From an uncultured Clostridia bacterium (GTDB taxonomy: Bacteria; Bacillota; Clostridia; TANB77; CAG-508), in assembly GCA_934141445.1 (NCBI GenBank), contig CAKPCF010000002.1, forward strand, positions 34,752 to 98,751: DNA of 64,000 nucleotides. Reading direction: 5' to 3'. Each line of letters starts with the position of its first letter. Position 1 is the first letter of the stretch. The notes under the pieces were generated by a model that saw only the letters and a list, made by a program, of their open reading frames with translations, was not told where the DNA came from and did no database searches. This document shows positions 45,628 through 55,482 of the stretch, one piece after another. The position numbers were made by a program, and so were the translations under genes.

Positions 45628-48243
45628 ATGCCAGAACAATTATCACCAATGATGCAAAGTTATTTAGCAACAAAGGAACAATACAAAGATTGCATCTTGT
45701 TTTATAGAATAGGAGATTTTTATGAAATGTTCTATGATGATGCTTTAGTCGCATCAAGAGAACTAGAAATTACATTAACTGGAAAAGCTTGTGGAACAGA
45801 GGAAAAAGCACCAATGTGTGGTGTTCCGTTTCATGCAGCAGAATTATATATTTCAAGACTTATATCAAAGGGATATAAAGTAGCAATTTGTGAGCAACTT
45901 GAAGATCCAAAACAGGCTAAAGGACTTGTGAAAAGAGATGTTATAAGAGTTGTTACACCAGGTACTGTTATAGAAACAAATATGCTAGAAGAAAAAAAGA
46001 ACAACTATATAATGGGAATTGTAAAAAAAGGATTATATTATGGTGTTGCTATTTGTGATATTAGTACAGGTGATTTTTATGCTACTCAAATTAAACTTGC
46101 AGACAATAATTTTGAAAAACTATTAGATGAATATGCTAGATATGTTCCAGCTGAAATTGTTGTAAATGAAGCTATGGGAATGTCAACAAAAGAATTAGAA
46201 ATAATGAAAGATAGAAACAATACATTTGTTACTATTAGAGAAGATAAATTTTTTAATGAAGATGATACAATACTTTTAAGATTATACAAAATGGAAGATG
46301 ACTTTGGTAAAGAGAAAACTGATTTGAAAAATGATAAAATTGCAGTACAAGCTATAAATGGATTATTAAATTATTTTTCAGAAACACAAAAAGTCAAACT
46401 TGAACATATAAATAGAATTAGATTATATGAAGTAAAGAAATTCATGGCATTAGATATAAATGCAAGAAGAAGTTTGGAACTTACTGAAAGAATGAGAGAT
46501 AAATCTAAAAGAGGAACTTTAATTTGGGTTTTAGATAAAACATCAACATCAATGGGAGGAAGACTTTTAAGAAGATGGATAAATGATCCTTTATTAGATG
46601 TAAAAGAAATTAACGATAGACTTGGAGCTGTTAAAGAATTTAAGAATAATGTAATGTTACGAGGTGAACTTGCTGAAATTCTAAAAAAAGTTTATGATAT
46701 TGAAAGATTAGCAGGAAAAATATCTTATGGCAATGCTAATGCAAGAGATTTAATCTCTCTTAAAAATTCACTTTCACATTTACCTGAATTAAAAGAACTT
46801 TTATCAATGGCAGAGTCAGATTTGCTTAAAAAAATATATTCAAATTTAGATGAATTAAAAGATATATTTGAGCTTATAGATGAAGCTATTGTTGAAGACC
46901 CACCAATAAGTATAAAAGAGGGTGGAATTATAAAAAGTGGATATTCACAAGATATTGATGAATATAGAGAAGCTTCAACAGATGGAAAAAGATGGATTGT
47001 TGAACTAGAAGCAAAGGAAAGAGAAGAAACTGGTATAAAAAATTTAAAAGTTGGATATACTAGAGTATTTGGATATTATATAGAAGTTACAAAATCTTTC
47101 CTAAATCAAGTTCCAGAAGGTAGATATGTAAGAAAGCAAACTTTAACTGGTGGTGAAAGATTTATAACTGAAGAATTAAAACAAATTGAAGGCAAAATAT
47201 TAGGTGCAGAAGAAAAGGTTGTTGCATTAGAATATAATGAGTTTACCAAAATAAGAGATGAAATTGGAAAAAATATAGCAAGACTTCAAACTTCAGCTTC
47301 AGCTATTGCGATGGCAGATGTATTAAATAGTTTAGCTATTGTAGCAGAAGATAATAATTATGTTTGCCCAGAAGTTGATGAATCTGGTGAGATTATAATA
47401 AAAGAAGGTAGACATCCTGTAATTGAACAAATGATTGATAGTGGAAGTTTTGTTCAAAATGATACATACTTAAACAAAGAAGAAAATAGAGTAGCAATTA
47501 TTACAGGTCCTAATATGGCTGGTAAATCAACATTTATGAGACAGGTTGCTTTAATTACTCTAATGGCTCAAATAGGTAGCTTTGTACCAGCAACTGAAGC
47601 AAAGATAGGAATTGTAGATAAAATCTTTACAAGAGTAGGGGCTTCTGATGATTTAAGTAGTGGTCAAAGTACATTTATGGTTGAAATGTCAGAAGTAGCT
47701 AATATATTAAAAGAGGCAACTCCAAATAGTTTAGTTATATTAGATGAAATTGGTAGAGGAACATCAACTTATGATGGACTATCAATAGCATGGGCTGTTG
47801 CAGAATATATTGCAGATAAAGAAAAAGTTGGCTGTAAAACTTTATTTGCAACACATTACCATGAACTTATAGAACTTGAAGATAAAATAGATGGAATTAA
47901 AAATTACTCTGTAGCTGTAAAAGAAAAAGGTGAAGATGTAATTTTCTTGAGAAAGATTATAGAAGGTGGAACAGATGAAAGCTATGGTATCCATGTTGCA
48001 AAACTTGCAGGTGTTCCAAAACAAGTAGTAACAAGAGCCAATAAGATTTTACAATCACTTGAAAAAGGTGGCGTTAAAGTTAAAGAAGAAAAAGAAGATA
48101 AAAAACAAGTTGAAGGTCAATTTGATTTCTTTAATATAACTTTAGCTAATATTGCTACTGAATTAGATAAGGTCAACTTAAATGAATTAACACCAATAGA
48201 TGCTTTAAATACTCTTGCTAAAATGAAAGAAATGTTAAAATAA
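45628..48243 (+). CDS. mutS: DNA mismatch repair protein MutS
   Basis: SPMMQSYL...GDFYEMF (Phe-x-Glu), Walker A ITGPNMAGKSTFMRQ, DEIGRGTSTYDG and TLFATHYHEL. Confidence 0.95.
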   Translation: MPEQLSPMMQSYLATKEQYKDCILFYRIGDFYEMFYDDALVASRELEITLTGKACGTEEKAPMCGVPFHAAELYISRLISKGYKVAICEQLEDPKQAKGLVKRDVIRVVTPGTVIETNMLEEKKNNYIMGIVKKGLYYGVAICDISTGDFYATQIKLADNNFEKLLDEYARYVPAEIVVNEAMGMSTKELEIMKDRNNTFVTIREDKFFNEDDTILLRLYKMEDDFGKEKTDLKNDKIAVQAINGLLNYFSETQKVKLEHINRIRLYEVKKFMALDINARRSLELTERMRDKSKRGTLIWVLDKTSTSMGGRLLRRWINDPLLDVKEINDRLGAVKEFKNNVMLRGELAEILKKVYDIERLAGKISYGNANARDLISLKNSLSHLPELKELLSMAESDLLKKIYSNLDELKDIFELIDEAIVEDPPISIKEGGIIKSGYSQDIDEYREASTDGKRWIVELEAKEREETGIKNLKVGYTRVFGYYIEVTKSFLNQVPEGRYVRKQTLTGGERFITEELKQIEGKILGAEEKVVALEYNEFTKIRDEIGKNIARLQTSASAIAMADVLNSLAIVAEDNNYVCPEVDESGEIIIKEGRHPVIEQMIDSGSFVQNDTYLNKEENRVAIITGPNMAGKSTFMRQVALITLMAQIGSFVPATEAKIGIVDKIFTRVGASDDLSSGQSTFMVEMSEVANILKEATPNSLVILDEIGRGTSTYDGLSIAWAVAEYIADKEKVGCKTLFATHYHELIELEDKIDGIKNYSVAVKEKGEDVIFLRKIIEGGTDESYGIHVAKLAGVPKQVVTRANKILQSLEKGGVKVKEEKEDKKQVEGQFDFFNITLANIATELDKVNLNELTPIDALNTLAKMKEMLK

Positions 48244-48498
48244 AAATATTATTTATTTTTTCTGTAATGCAGTTAACAAATTTTGTGATAATATTTGTAA
48301 ATAACAAAAGTATGATTTGATTTAAATTTGATAGCGATTCTTAATTGAGTTGCTATCTTTTTATATAAAAATTAAAATTTACATTACTAAAATATATAAA
48401 ATTTTTTATTTTTATAAAAATATATTGAAAAAAATTTTATTAACATATATAATTTTTATATAATTAAAATAGATTAAATCTATAAATACAAAAGAGAA

Positions 48499-50544
48499 AT
48501 GGAGAAAAAAGTGGAGAGCAAAAAAAACAATAGGATAAATTCTGTTTCAAGAAAAAAATTAAATTTTAGCATTATTGTTTTAGACATTATTGCTTTCATT
48601 TTTATTTACTTTTTAACACCAAAGTTATTAAATTTTCCTGTTAATTCAATGAATTTGAAATTTCAAAAAGAAACGATAGGACATACTTTTTTAGAAATTT
48701 ATTTTGTAATATTTATTTTAATTGTTGCGGTACAATTATTTGTATTAAAATATTTATCAAAAAATATCAATTTATATCTGGAAAAATATTTTCATAGAAA
48801 AGAAATAGACTACAGTATAGTTTTAAGAGTAAGAAATGATTGTTTAAATGTACCATATAGATTTTTAGAGATTCAATGGGGAATAATGGCTTTTCTAGCA
48901 TTTAGTGTAATTACTTTTTGTATTATATTTGGAAAAAGCTTTATAACCAATTTTGATAAAATATCTTTTGCATTAGTGAGATTTGGAACTATTATTTTAG
49001 CATTTTGGCTTGTACTTTCTATAGCAATATTGGAAATCATACAAAACTATATGCAAAAAGTTCTAAAATTAACATATAAACAAACAAACAAATTTGAAAA
49101 AATTGGACATAGAGTAGAAAATACAACATCTTTGCTTTTACAATTATTACCTTTAATTTTTTCATTACTAATATTGTTTGCAGTTTTAGCTTATGCAAAA
49201 ACAATTCAAGTAAAGGCTGATTCTTTGGCTAATTACTATAAATTATATATGAATTTAATAGACTTTAAAGAAGATAATGAAATAACAAAAGATAGTCTTT
49301 TAAATAAATTAAATACAATTCCATTACTTCAAAATGGTGATACAGCATTTGTTATAGACCCAGAAAACAATTCATATACAACTAATTACAATAGTAGTAT
49401 CAGTAATTTTACAATTAAATATAGAGATTATTTCTTTGGAAGAAAAGGAAATAAACAAAATACAGTTGTGGATTTTACAGAAATTGATGGAATTCTTTAT
49501 GAAAGTTTTGGAATAGATGAACAATTATATTGTCAGAAAATTTTTGATGAAAATGGATTACCTTGGTATATAGGATATAAATTTTCTATTTCAGATAGAG
49601 ATTCAATGTATTTCTATATAACTTGTATAAGTGCTATGTTTATAGCTTATGCAATAATTGTATATATATGGGCTAAAAATAATTCTTTAAATGCGAAAAG
49701 AATTGCAGACAATATGGAACAAATTTTACAGAAAGAAGATTTATCAAAAGAAAATTACTTACCTATTTTGTCAAATGATGAATTTGGAGATGTTGCATAT
49801 AACTACAATCATATACAAATGAAAATGGCTAGACAACAAGATATTATGTTAAAGCAGGAACAACTTTCTGTTTTAGGTGAAATGGCTGGTGGTATGGCAC
49901 ATGATATAAATACACCGATTTCTTCTATAAATACAGCAATAACAATGCTTGCAAGAAAAACAACAGATGAAAGAGAACAAATCATTTTAAAGAATATGCA
50001 AGTTTCAACAGATAGAATAATAAATATTGTTACAAGTATGAGAAATCAAGTTCGTAATATGGGAAGCAATGAAAAAGAAACTTTTAGCTTAAATATGATG
50101 GTAACTGATTTAAATGTAATAATTCAAAATGAATTGAAAAAATCTGGTTGTACATTTACACAAGAAATAAAAGAGGAAATAAATATATATGGTGAAAGAA
50201 CTAAACTTGGACAAGTTTTAACAAATCTTGTTGTAAATGGAATTCAAGCTTATAGTTCTAATGAGAAAAAGGGAAATGTTACTTTAAGAGCAAAAACAGA
50301 AGAAAATGATATATGCTTAATAGAAATAATTGATGAGGCTGGTGGAATACCTGAAAAAGTTCAACCATATATCTTTAATAATATAATGACAACAAAAGGT
50401 TCTAAAGGAACTGGTTTAGGTTTATATTTGGCTTCAACTGTTATAAAAGGTGTTTATGAAGGTACAATAGATTTTGAAACTGAAGTGGGTAAAGGAACTA
50501 AATTTATTATAAGAATACCAATGAAAATGGAGGAGAAAAAATAA
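48499..50544 (+). CDS. membrane sensor histidine kinase
   Basis: Multiple TM segments, H-box GGMAHDINTPIS, N-box NLVVNGIQA and G-box GTGLGLYLAS. Confidence 0.85.
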   Translation: MEKKVESKKNNRINSVSRKKLNFSIIVLDIIAFIFIYFLTPKLLNFPVNSMNLKFQKETIGHTFLEIYFVIFILIVAVQLFVLKYLSKNINLYLEKYFHRKEIDYSIVLRVRNDCLNVPYRFLEIQWGIMAFLAFSVITFCIIFGKSFITNFDKISFALVRFGTIILAFWLVLSIAILEIIQNYMQKVLKLTYKQTNKFEKIGHRVENTTSLLLQLLPLIFSLLILFAVLAYAKTIQVKADSLANYYKLYMNLIDFKEDNEITKDSLLNKLNTIPLLQNGDTAFVIDPENNSYTTNYNSSISNFTIKYRDYFFGRKGNKQNTVVDFTEIDGILYESFGIDEQLYCQKIFDENGLPWYIGYKFSISDRDSMYFYITCISAMFIAYAIIVYIWAKNNSLNAKRIADNMEQILQKEDLSKENYLPILSNDEFGDVAYNYNHIQMKMARQQDIMLKQEQLSVLGEMAGGMAHDINTPISSINTAITMLARKTTDEREQIILKNMQVSTDRIINIVTSMRNQVRNMGSNEKETFSLNMMVTDLNVIIQNELKKSGCTFTQEIKEEINIYGERTKLGQVLTNLVVNGIQAYSSNEKKGNVTLRAKTEENDICLIEIIDEAGGIPEKVQPYIFNNIMTTKGSKGTGLGLYLASTVIKGVYEGTIDFETEVGKGTKFIIRIPMKMEEKK

Positions 50545-51542
50545 TGAGTATTGAAAATGAAGCAGCAAATGTCAACATTTTATTAGTTGATGATGATGAG
50601 AACTACTTGGAGATGACAAAAATGTATTTAGAGGATAATGGTATGAAAATTACTACTTATTCAAATCCAACAGAAGCATTAGAAGTGTGCAAAAAGAAAA
50701 AAATTGATATTGTTTTATTAGATTATTTTATGCCTCAAATGACTGGCGAAGAATTTGTAAAAGAATTAAGGTCTGTAAATAATACAACTTTAGTAATTTT
50801 ACAAACAGGTTTTGCTGAGAAAAAACCACCAATAGAAATGCTTACAAATCTTGATATTCAAGGATATTATGATAAGACTAAAGAAATCGACGAACTTTTA
50901 TTGCTAACACTATCTGCAATAAAAACAATTAAATTGATGAAATTAAGTCAAAAGCAAGAAATAAAAATTGATTTGTTAAATTATAAAAAACAATTTTTAG
51001 GTGATTTAATAGTTGGATTAGTAAATGAAGCTAAGGACCAATTATTTGCAATAAGTATTGCTAATAAATCTATTGAAGAAGAATCTAATTTATTTAAAGA
51101 TGAAAATGGAGTAATTTCTAGAGCAAATAATAAATTAGGTGAATTATTTGAAACAATCAACTTTGAAAGTATTGAACATGCAACAGCAGGCGAGATAATA
51201 AATGCAATCAATATTTTATTAAAAAACAAAAAGAGTTCAGAGGGAATTCTTATAGATTATAAAATTGATACAAATGATGTTGATAAAATAGTATTTTCAG
51301 ATGGTGTTGATAGTTTAATTTATATAATAGTTGAAACAGTAAATTATTTCTTAACCAAAGACATAAAAAATGTAGAAATTGCATTTGAACAAGATGAAGA
51401 AAAATGCTATATAAAAATATTAAATTCAACAACATATACAAAAGAATTTATTAAAACTATAGTTTTAATTTTATCAGAGAATACTCAAATAGGAATTGAT
51501 ATTAAAGATGGTAAAATTACTTTAGCAGTACCAAAAGTATAA
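50544..51542 (+). CDS. response regulator: receiver domain + non-DNA-binding C-terminal domain of unknown type
   Basis: ILLVDDDENY...DIVLLDYFMPQMTGEE...ILQTGFAE...GYYDK. The ~200-aa C-terminus has no HTH motif I recognise. The start overlaps the kinase stop. Confidence 0.65.
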   Translation: MSIENEAANVNILLVDDDENYLEMTKMYLEDNGMKITTYSNPTEALEVCKKKKIDIVLLDYFMPQMTGEEFVKELRSVNNTTLVILQTGFAEKKPPIEMLTNLDIQGYYDKTKEIDELLLLTLSAIKTIKLMKLSQKQEIKIDLLNYKKQFLGDLIVGLVNEAKDQLFAISIANKSIEEESNLFKDENGVISRANNKLGELFETINFESIEHATAGEIINAINILLKNKKSSEGILIDYKIDTNDVDKIVFSDGVDSLIYIIVETVNYFLTKDIKNVEIAFEQDEEKCYIKILNSTTYTKEFIKTIVLILSENTQIGIDIKDGKITLAVPKV

Positions 51543-51560
51543 AAGTTAGAAAATGAAAAT

Positions 51561-51588
51561 AAAAACCAGTTGTAATGACTGGTTTTTA
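51561..51588 (+). terminator. rho-independent terminator
   Basis: AACCAGT-tgtaatg-ACTGGTT followed by T5. Confidence 0.7.
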
Positions 51589-51645
51589 ATGTTATAATAT
51601 TTTATGTAAAAAGGCATTATATTAAATATAATGTAATCTATTTAT

Positions 51646-51999
51646 GGGGGTGTATTTGGTTTCGACAGTAATTTAGAAGGATAAATAGCGAGTAGTGGAG
51701 GTGCCTGGCCACTTAAAAAGGCGCAATTTAATAATAAACGCTAATAACGAAGAATTAGCTTACGCTGCCTAATTGCAGTGTCGTTCTTTTCTAGAACCTA
51801 CGGCTAGAAAAAGGGCGTCGAATTAGTAGGAAACAAAGCAAATTGATACTCTTGCGATTTGTGGGTATTTTACACGAGTTACTTTTTCTAAAATATGTTT
51901 GTTTATGTTAGAAAAGGGAAAATAAAGAACAAACTGCACTCGGAGAAGTTTATGTGGAAGAATTATTGGACCGGAGTTCGACTCTCCGCACCTCCACCA
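51646..51999 (+). ncRNA. ssrA: tmRNA
   Basis: 5' GGGGGTGTATTTGGTTTCGACAG. 3' GGACCGGAGTTCGACTCTCCGCACCTCCACCA, with a G3-U acceptor pair. The tag ORF at 51740-51772 reads ANNEELAYAA*; the resume codon is inferred. Confidence 0.9.
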
Positions 52000-52034
52000 A
52001 AAATTAAAATAATAAATATATAAAGGAGAAACAA

Positions 52035-52745
52035 ATGAAAAAAGACGAAGCAAATGTAAGTATATCAACAGTATTTTTAGTATTAGCGATTTTAGTTATT
52101 ATTGTAATGGGATATTTTATGTATAAACTAAATATTGAAAAAAATGACTCAATAAATCAAGCAAAAGAATTAGATACTAGAGTTGGAGAACTAGAAAATT
52201 CTTTAAAAAATTTACAAGAAACGAAAGAAACAGAGGATGAAGGAAAGACTGAACTATCAAACTTAGAATATATTGAAAATTTTAATAACTCTATTACAAA
52301 AGAATTAGGTAAAGATAATATGATTTATATTCCTTTATCAAAATTCGATTATGAAAATGGAACAGGGTATTTATCAGTTAATAATAAGAATGAAGCATAT
52401 ATTTATTTGGATACAATTGAAGGATATAATGATGCAAGTAATACTAAAAAAATTGCTGACAATGTAGTTAATGCATGGTATTGCGAAGAAGGTCAAGTGC
52501 CAGGTAATAATTTTATTGTATTTCTAAAAAAAGATGGAACAGTTACATATGTTAGATTTAGAACAGATAGTGATAAAACAGTTTTTGAAGCTAGTGAAAA
52601 AATTATAACAGGTGTTGAAAATATCACTAACATTATAAAAATAGAAGGTGGAGATGAAAATGGAATTGGTGGATATGGTGTATTATTTGTTAAAGCAGAT
52701 GGAACTTGTTTACCATATTCAAGCCTAGAAAACATGACTAAATAA
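52035..52745 (+). CDS. hypothetical membrane-anchored protein
   Basis: RBS AAAGGAG, one TM segment (ISTVFLVLAILVIIVMGYFMY), a coiled segment and a globular C-terminus. Confidence 0.5.
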   Translation: MKKDEANVSISTVFLVLAILVIIVMGYFMYKLNIEKNDSINQAKELDTRVGELENSLKNLQETKETEDEGKTELSNLEYIENFNNSITKELGKDNMIYIPLSKFDYENGTGYLSVNNKNEAYIYLDTIEGYNDASNTKKIADNVVNAWYCEEGQVPGNNFIVFLKKDGTVTYVRFRTDSDKTVFEASEKIITGVENITNIIKIEGGDENGIGGYGVLFVKADGTCLPYSSLENMTK

Positions 52746-52791
52746 AGAAGTTTTTGAATTTTTATAATATAGAAATATTGCAAAAATTTAT

Positions 52792-52820
52792 TTGACTTTT
52801 CTTAAATATCTGTATATAAT
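52792..52820 (+). promoter_or_regulatory. near-consensus sigma-A promoter of the candidate antitoxin sRNA
   Basis: TTGACT (52792-52797), 17 nt spacer, TATAAT (52815-52820). Confidence 0.55.
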
Positions 52821-52826
52821 AAATAT

Positions 52827-52912
52827 AGGAAATGAACATACAGAAATGTATGTTGTCACTTATATGTAACAAACACTACATTGCCGTCCAAAGCAAAATG
52901 TAGTGTTTTTAT
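52827..52912 (+). ncRNA. candidate ~85-nt sRNA (type I antitoxin-like)
   Basis: 5' hairpin AACATACA-GAAA-TGTATGTT (52835-52854). 11-bp terminator stem AACACTACATT / AATGTAGTGTT (52872-52907), then a T-rich tail. Convergent with, and abutting, the small ORF on the minus strand. Confidence 0.45.
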
Positions 52913-53017
52913 TTATTCCTTATTAGTACAAATTATGTATATAACTGTCAATAAGGCTACGTTTATAGTTACTGAAATCATAAATCCTATGATTAAGAAT
53001 AATAAGAATTCTACCAT
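52913..53017 (-). CDS. 34-aa hydrophobic peptide (type I toxin-like)
   Basis: Reverse complement reads GAGGTGG-tgttt-ATG GTA GAA TTC ... AAG GAA TAA, giving MVEFLLFLIIGFMISVTINVALLTVIYIICTNKE. One TM helix with a polar C-terminal end. Below the ORF-track size cutoff. Confidence 0.45.
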   Translation of the reverse strand: MVEFLLFLIIGFMISVTINVALLTVIYIICTNKE

Positions 53018-53263
53018 AAACACCACCTCACTTTCTCATAGCAGAAAGCTATGAAGTAAAGTGGCAACACACATCTGCTTTTAGTTCATTTCCATGCCAG
53101 TTAGTATAACATAGGTATTATAACAAATCAAGATAAAAGAACAAAATTTCGCAATTGATATATAAATAATTATCTTAAGAAATAATTTATATTTTTTATA
53201 TTGAAAAAAATTTTCTTTTATGATAGCATTTTTACAAATAAAGGAGAAAAAGGGGATATACAA

Positions 53264-55480
53264 ATGCTAAAATTAGAAAATGTTTCCAAATATTATTATA
53301 ATAATGGAATAATAGCAGTAGGATTTTCAAAAGTTAATTTGGAATTAAAGCTAGGTGAATTTGTTGTAATAACAGGTGAATCTGGAAGTGGTAAGTCAAC
53401 TTTGTTAAATGTAATTTCTGGTTTAGATTCTTATGAAGATGGAGAAATGTTTATAAATGGAAAAGAAACTAGCCATTATACAGAAAAAGATTTTGAAGAT
53501 TATAGAAGAAAATACATAGCAAATATTTTTCAAAGTTTCAATTTAGTAAATAGTTATACTGTTTACCAAAACATAGAACTTGTTATGTTATTAAATGGAT
53601 ATAAAAAATATAAAGTTAAAAAACAAATTTTAAAAATTATAGATGAAGTAGGGCTTACGAAATTCAAAAATACAAAAGTTTCAAAATTATCAGGTGGTCA
53701 AAAACAAAGAGTGGCTATCGCAAGAGCTATGGTTAAAGATACACCAATAATTGTTGCAGATGAACCAACAGGAAATCTAGATACAGAATCTGCAAAAGAT
53801 GTATTAGAAATTCTAAAAAGAGTTGCAAAAGATAAGTTAGTAGTTATGGTAACGCATAATATAGAGCAAGTGGAACAATATGCTACTAGAGTAATAAAAA
53901 TGCATGATGGAAGAATTATAGAAAACAATGAAATAAAGAAGATTGAAGAAGAGCCAAAAATCGAAGCAAGCAAATATAAAAATCTAACATTATTTAATAA
54001 ATTCAGACTAGGAATAAGAAATACATTTAATATAAAATCAAAATTTGTATTGTTATTAGTTGTTTTTGCTTTTATGAGTACGGCTTTAGTTGCAGAATAT
54101 GGAAGTTTTAAGGCGGCGGAAGAAGATTCGCTTGATGAAGGTGTATCAAGTTGGGTATTAAGAGATACAGCTAAAGAGAGAATACTTGTCAGAAAGCAAG
54201 ATAAAACAGCTTTTATAGATAGTGATTTAGAAAATATAAAAGCACTTTCAAATATAGGTACTGTTGTTGAAAATGATATGTTTATTGATTCATATATTAG
54301 TTTACAAAAACAAGAAAATGATAGTATGGTATATTATTCTTATTCAGGTTCTTGTAAGGATATAAGTAATTTCAGTGGTAACCTAGAATATGGAAGAATG
54401 CCAGAAAATGATTCAGAAGTAATAATTTCTATGAATAAAAATGACTATGAGTTAAACCAAGGAATTGATAATGTATTGAATCAACAATATACAATATATG
54501 ATCCAACAGGTAGAACTGATATTAAAACAGTTACTGTTGTAGGAATAGTATTTAATGAAAAGAAATATGACTACAATTCTACAATATATGTTGATAAAGG
54601 AATATTAGATTCATTAAGAGTATATTTAAATCAATATTATAGTAAATTAAAAATTTTAGCAAATGATAAATATAAAAATTATGAGATTGTGCCAACTGAC
54701 AAAGTTGAATCAGGTTGTGCATATGTAAATGATGCAGAAAAATATAATTATAAAAATGATAGAATTAGAGGAACTAAATTAAATATAACAGCAAGTAATA
54801 TTTACTATGAAAAAGACCTAGAACTAACAATTACTAATACATTTACAGAATATAATTTTAAGAGATTAACAGGTTTAAAAGACTATTACAGAAACTATAA
54901 TTCTTTATTTATAAATACAGAAGATTATTATTCTATGTTTGATGAGCCTTCATACCAAATCAGTGTATATGTAAAAGATAAAAATACAATTGATCAAACA
55001 ATGCAAGAATTAAATAATATGGGATTAACTACTAAAAAAGCAAGTGATTTTGAAGTAAACTACAATGCTGAATCTTATAAGTTTATAAAAATTATTAGAA
55101 CTGTTGTAACAATAGTTGTACTTATTGTATTGTTCTTTATTTCATACTTTATAATAAGAGTAATCTTAAAATCAAGAAATGTATATTTTACAACATTGAG
55201 GATGTTGGGAGCAAATGTTAGAACAATTAGAGCTGTATTAGATATAGAATTGTTTAATATTTACACTATTGCGTATGCTCTACTAATGGGATTTTGCTAT
55301 ATGTTAAATGAAAATATAATTGAAATACAAGTAGCAACGAAAATCTTAAAATACTTGAGCGTAAAAGAATTTACAATAATTTATTTGTGCCTTGCTGTAA
55401 TGGCAATATTACTTTCAAGAAAAGTATCAAGAAAGATATTCAAAAAGACTGCCATTTCAACATACAATGAGGAGGTGTAA
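53264..55480 (+). CDS. ABC transporter, fused ATPase + FtsX-like permease
   Basis: ATG at 53264 after AAAGGAG/AAGGGG. GESGSGKSTLLN, LSGGQKQRVAIARA, IIVADEPTGNLD, and C-terminal TM helices. Confidence 0.8.
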   Translation: MLKLENVSKYYYNNGIIAVGFSKVNLELKLGEFVVITGESGSGKSTLLNVISGLDSYEDGEMFINGKETSHYTEKDFEDYRRKYIANIFQSFNLVNSYTVYQNIELVMLLNGYKKYKVKKQILKIIDEVGLTKFKNTKVSKLSGGQKQRVAIARAMVKDTPIIVADEPTGNLDTESAKDVLEILKRVAKDKLVVMVTHNIEQVEQYATRVIKMHDGRIIENNEIKKIEEEPKIEASKYKNLTLFNKFRLGIRNTFNIKSKFVLLLVVFAFMSTALVAEYGSFKAAEEDSLDEGVSSWVLRDTAKERILVRKQDKTAFIDSDLENIKALSNIGTVVENDMFIDSYISLQKQENDSMVYYSYSGSCKDISNFSGNLEYGRMPENDSEVIISMNKNDYELNQGIDNVLNQQYTIYDPTGRTDIKTVTVVGIVFNEKKYDYNSTIYVDKGILDSLRVYLNQYYSKLKILANDKYKNYEIVPTDKVESGCAYVNDAEKYNYKNDRIRGTKLNITASNIYYEKDLELTITNTFTEYNFKRLTGLKDYYRNYNSLFINTEDYYSMFDEPSYQISVYVKDKNTIDQTMQELNNMGLTTKKASDFEVNYNAESYKFIKIIRTVVTIVVLIVLFFISYFIIRVILKSRNVYFTTLRMLGANVRTIRAVLDIELFNIYTIAYALLMGFCYMLNENIIEIQVATKILKYLSVKEFTIIYLCLAVMAILLSRKVSRKIFKKTAISTYNEEV

Positions 55481-55482
55481 AT

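Noticed and set aside
48244-48498. Extremely AT-rich, repetitive-looking spacer after mutS, considered as a possible repeat array or CRISPR
   Set aside because: It is only simple A/T runs and short palindromes, with no regularly spaced direct repeats. No CRISPR-like periodicity is present anywhere in the window.
51823-52068. 81-aa minus-strand ORF
   Set aside because: It lies inside or antisense to the tmRNA gene (51646-51999), whose 5' and 3' ends and tag frame are unambiguous.
53081-53263. 60-aa minus-strand ORF upstream of the ABC transporter
   Set aside because: It overlaps the ABC gene's RBS and upstream region and the putative toxin promoter. It has no RBS and low-complexity composition.
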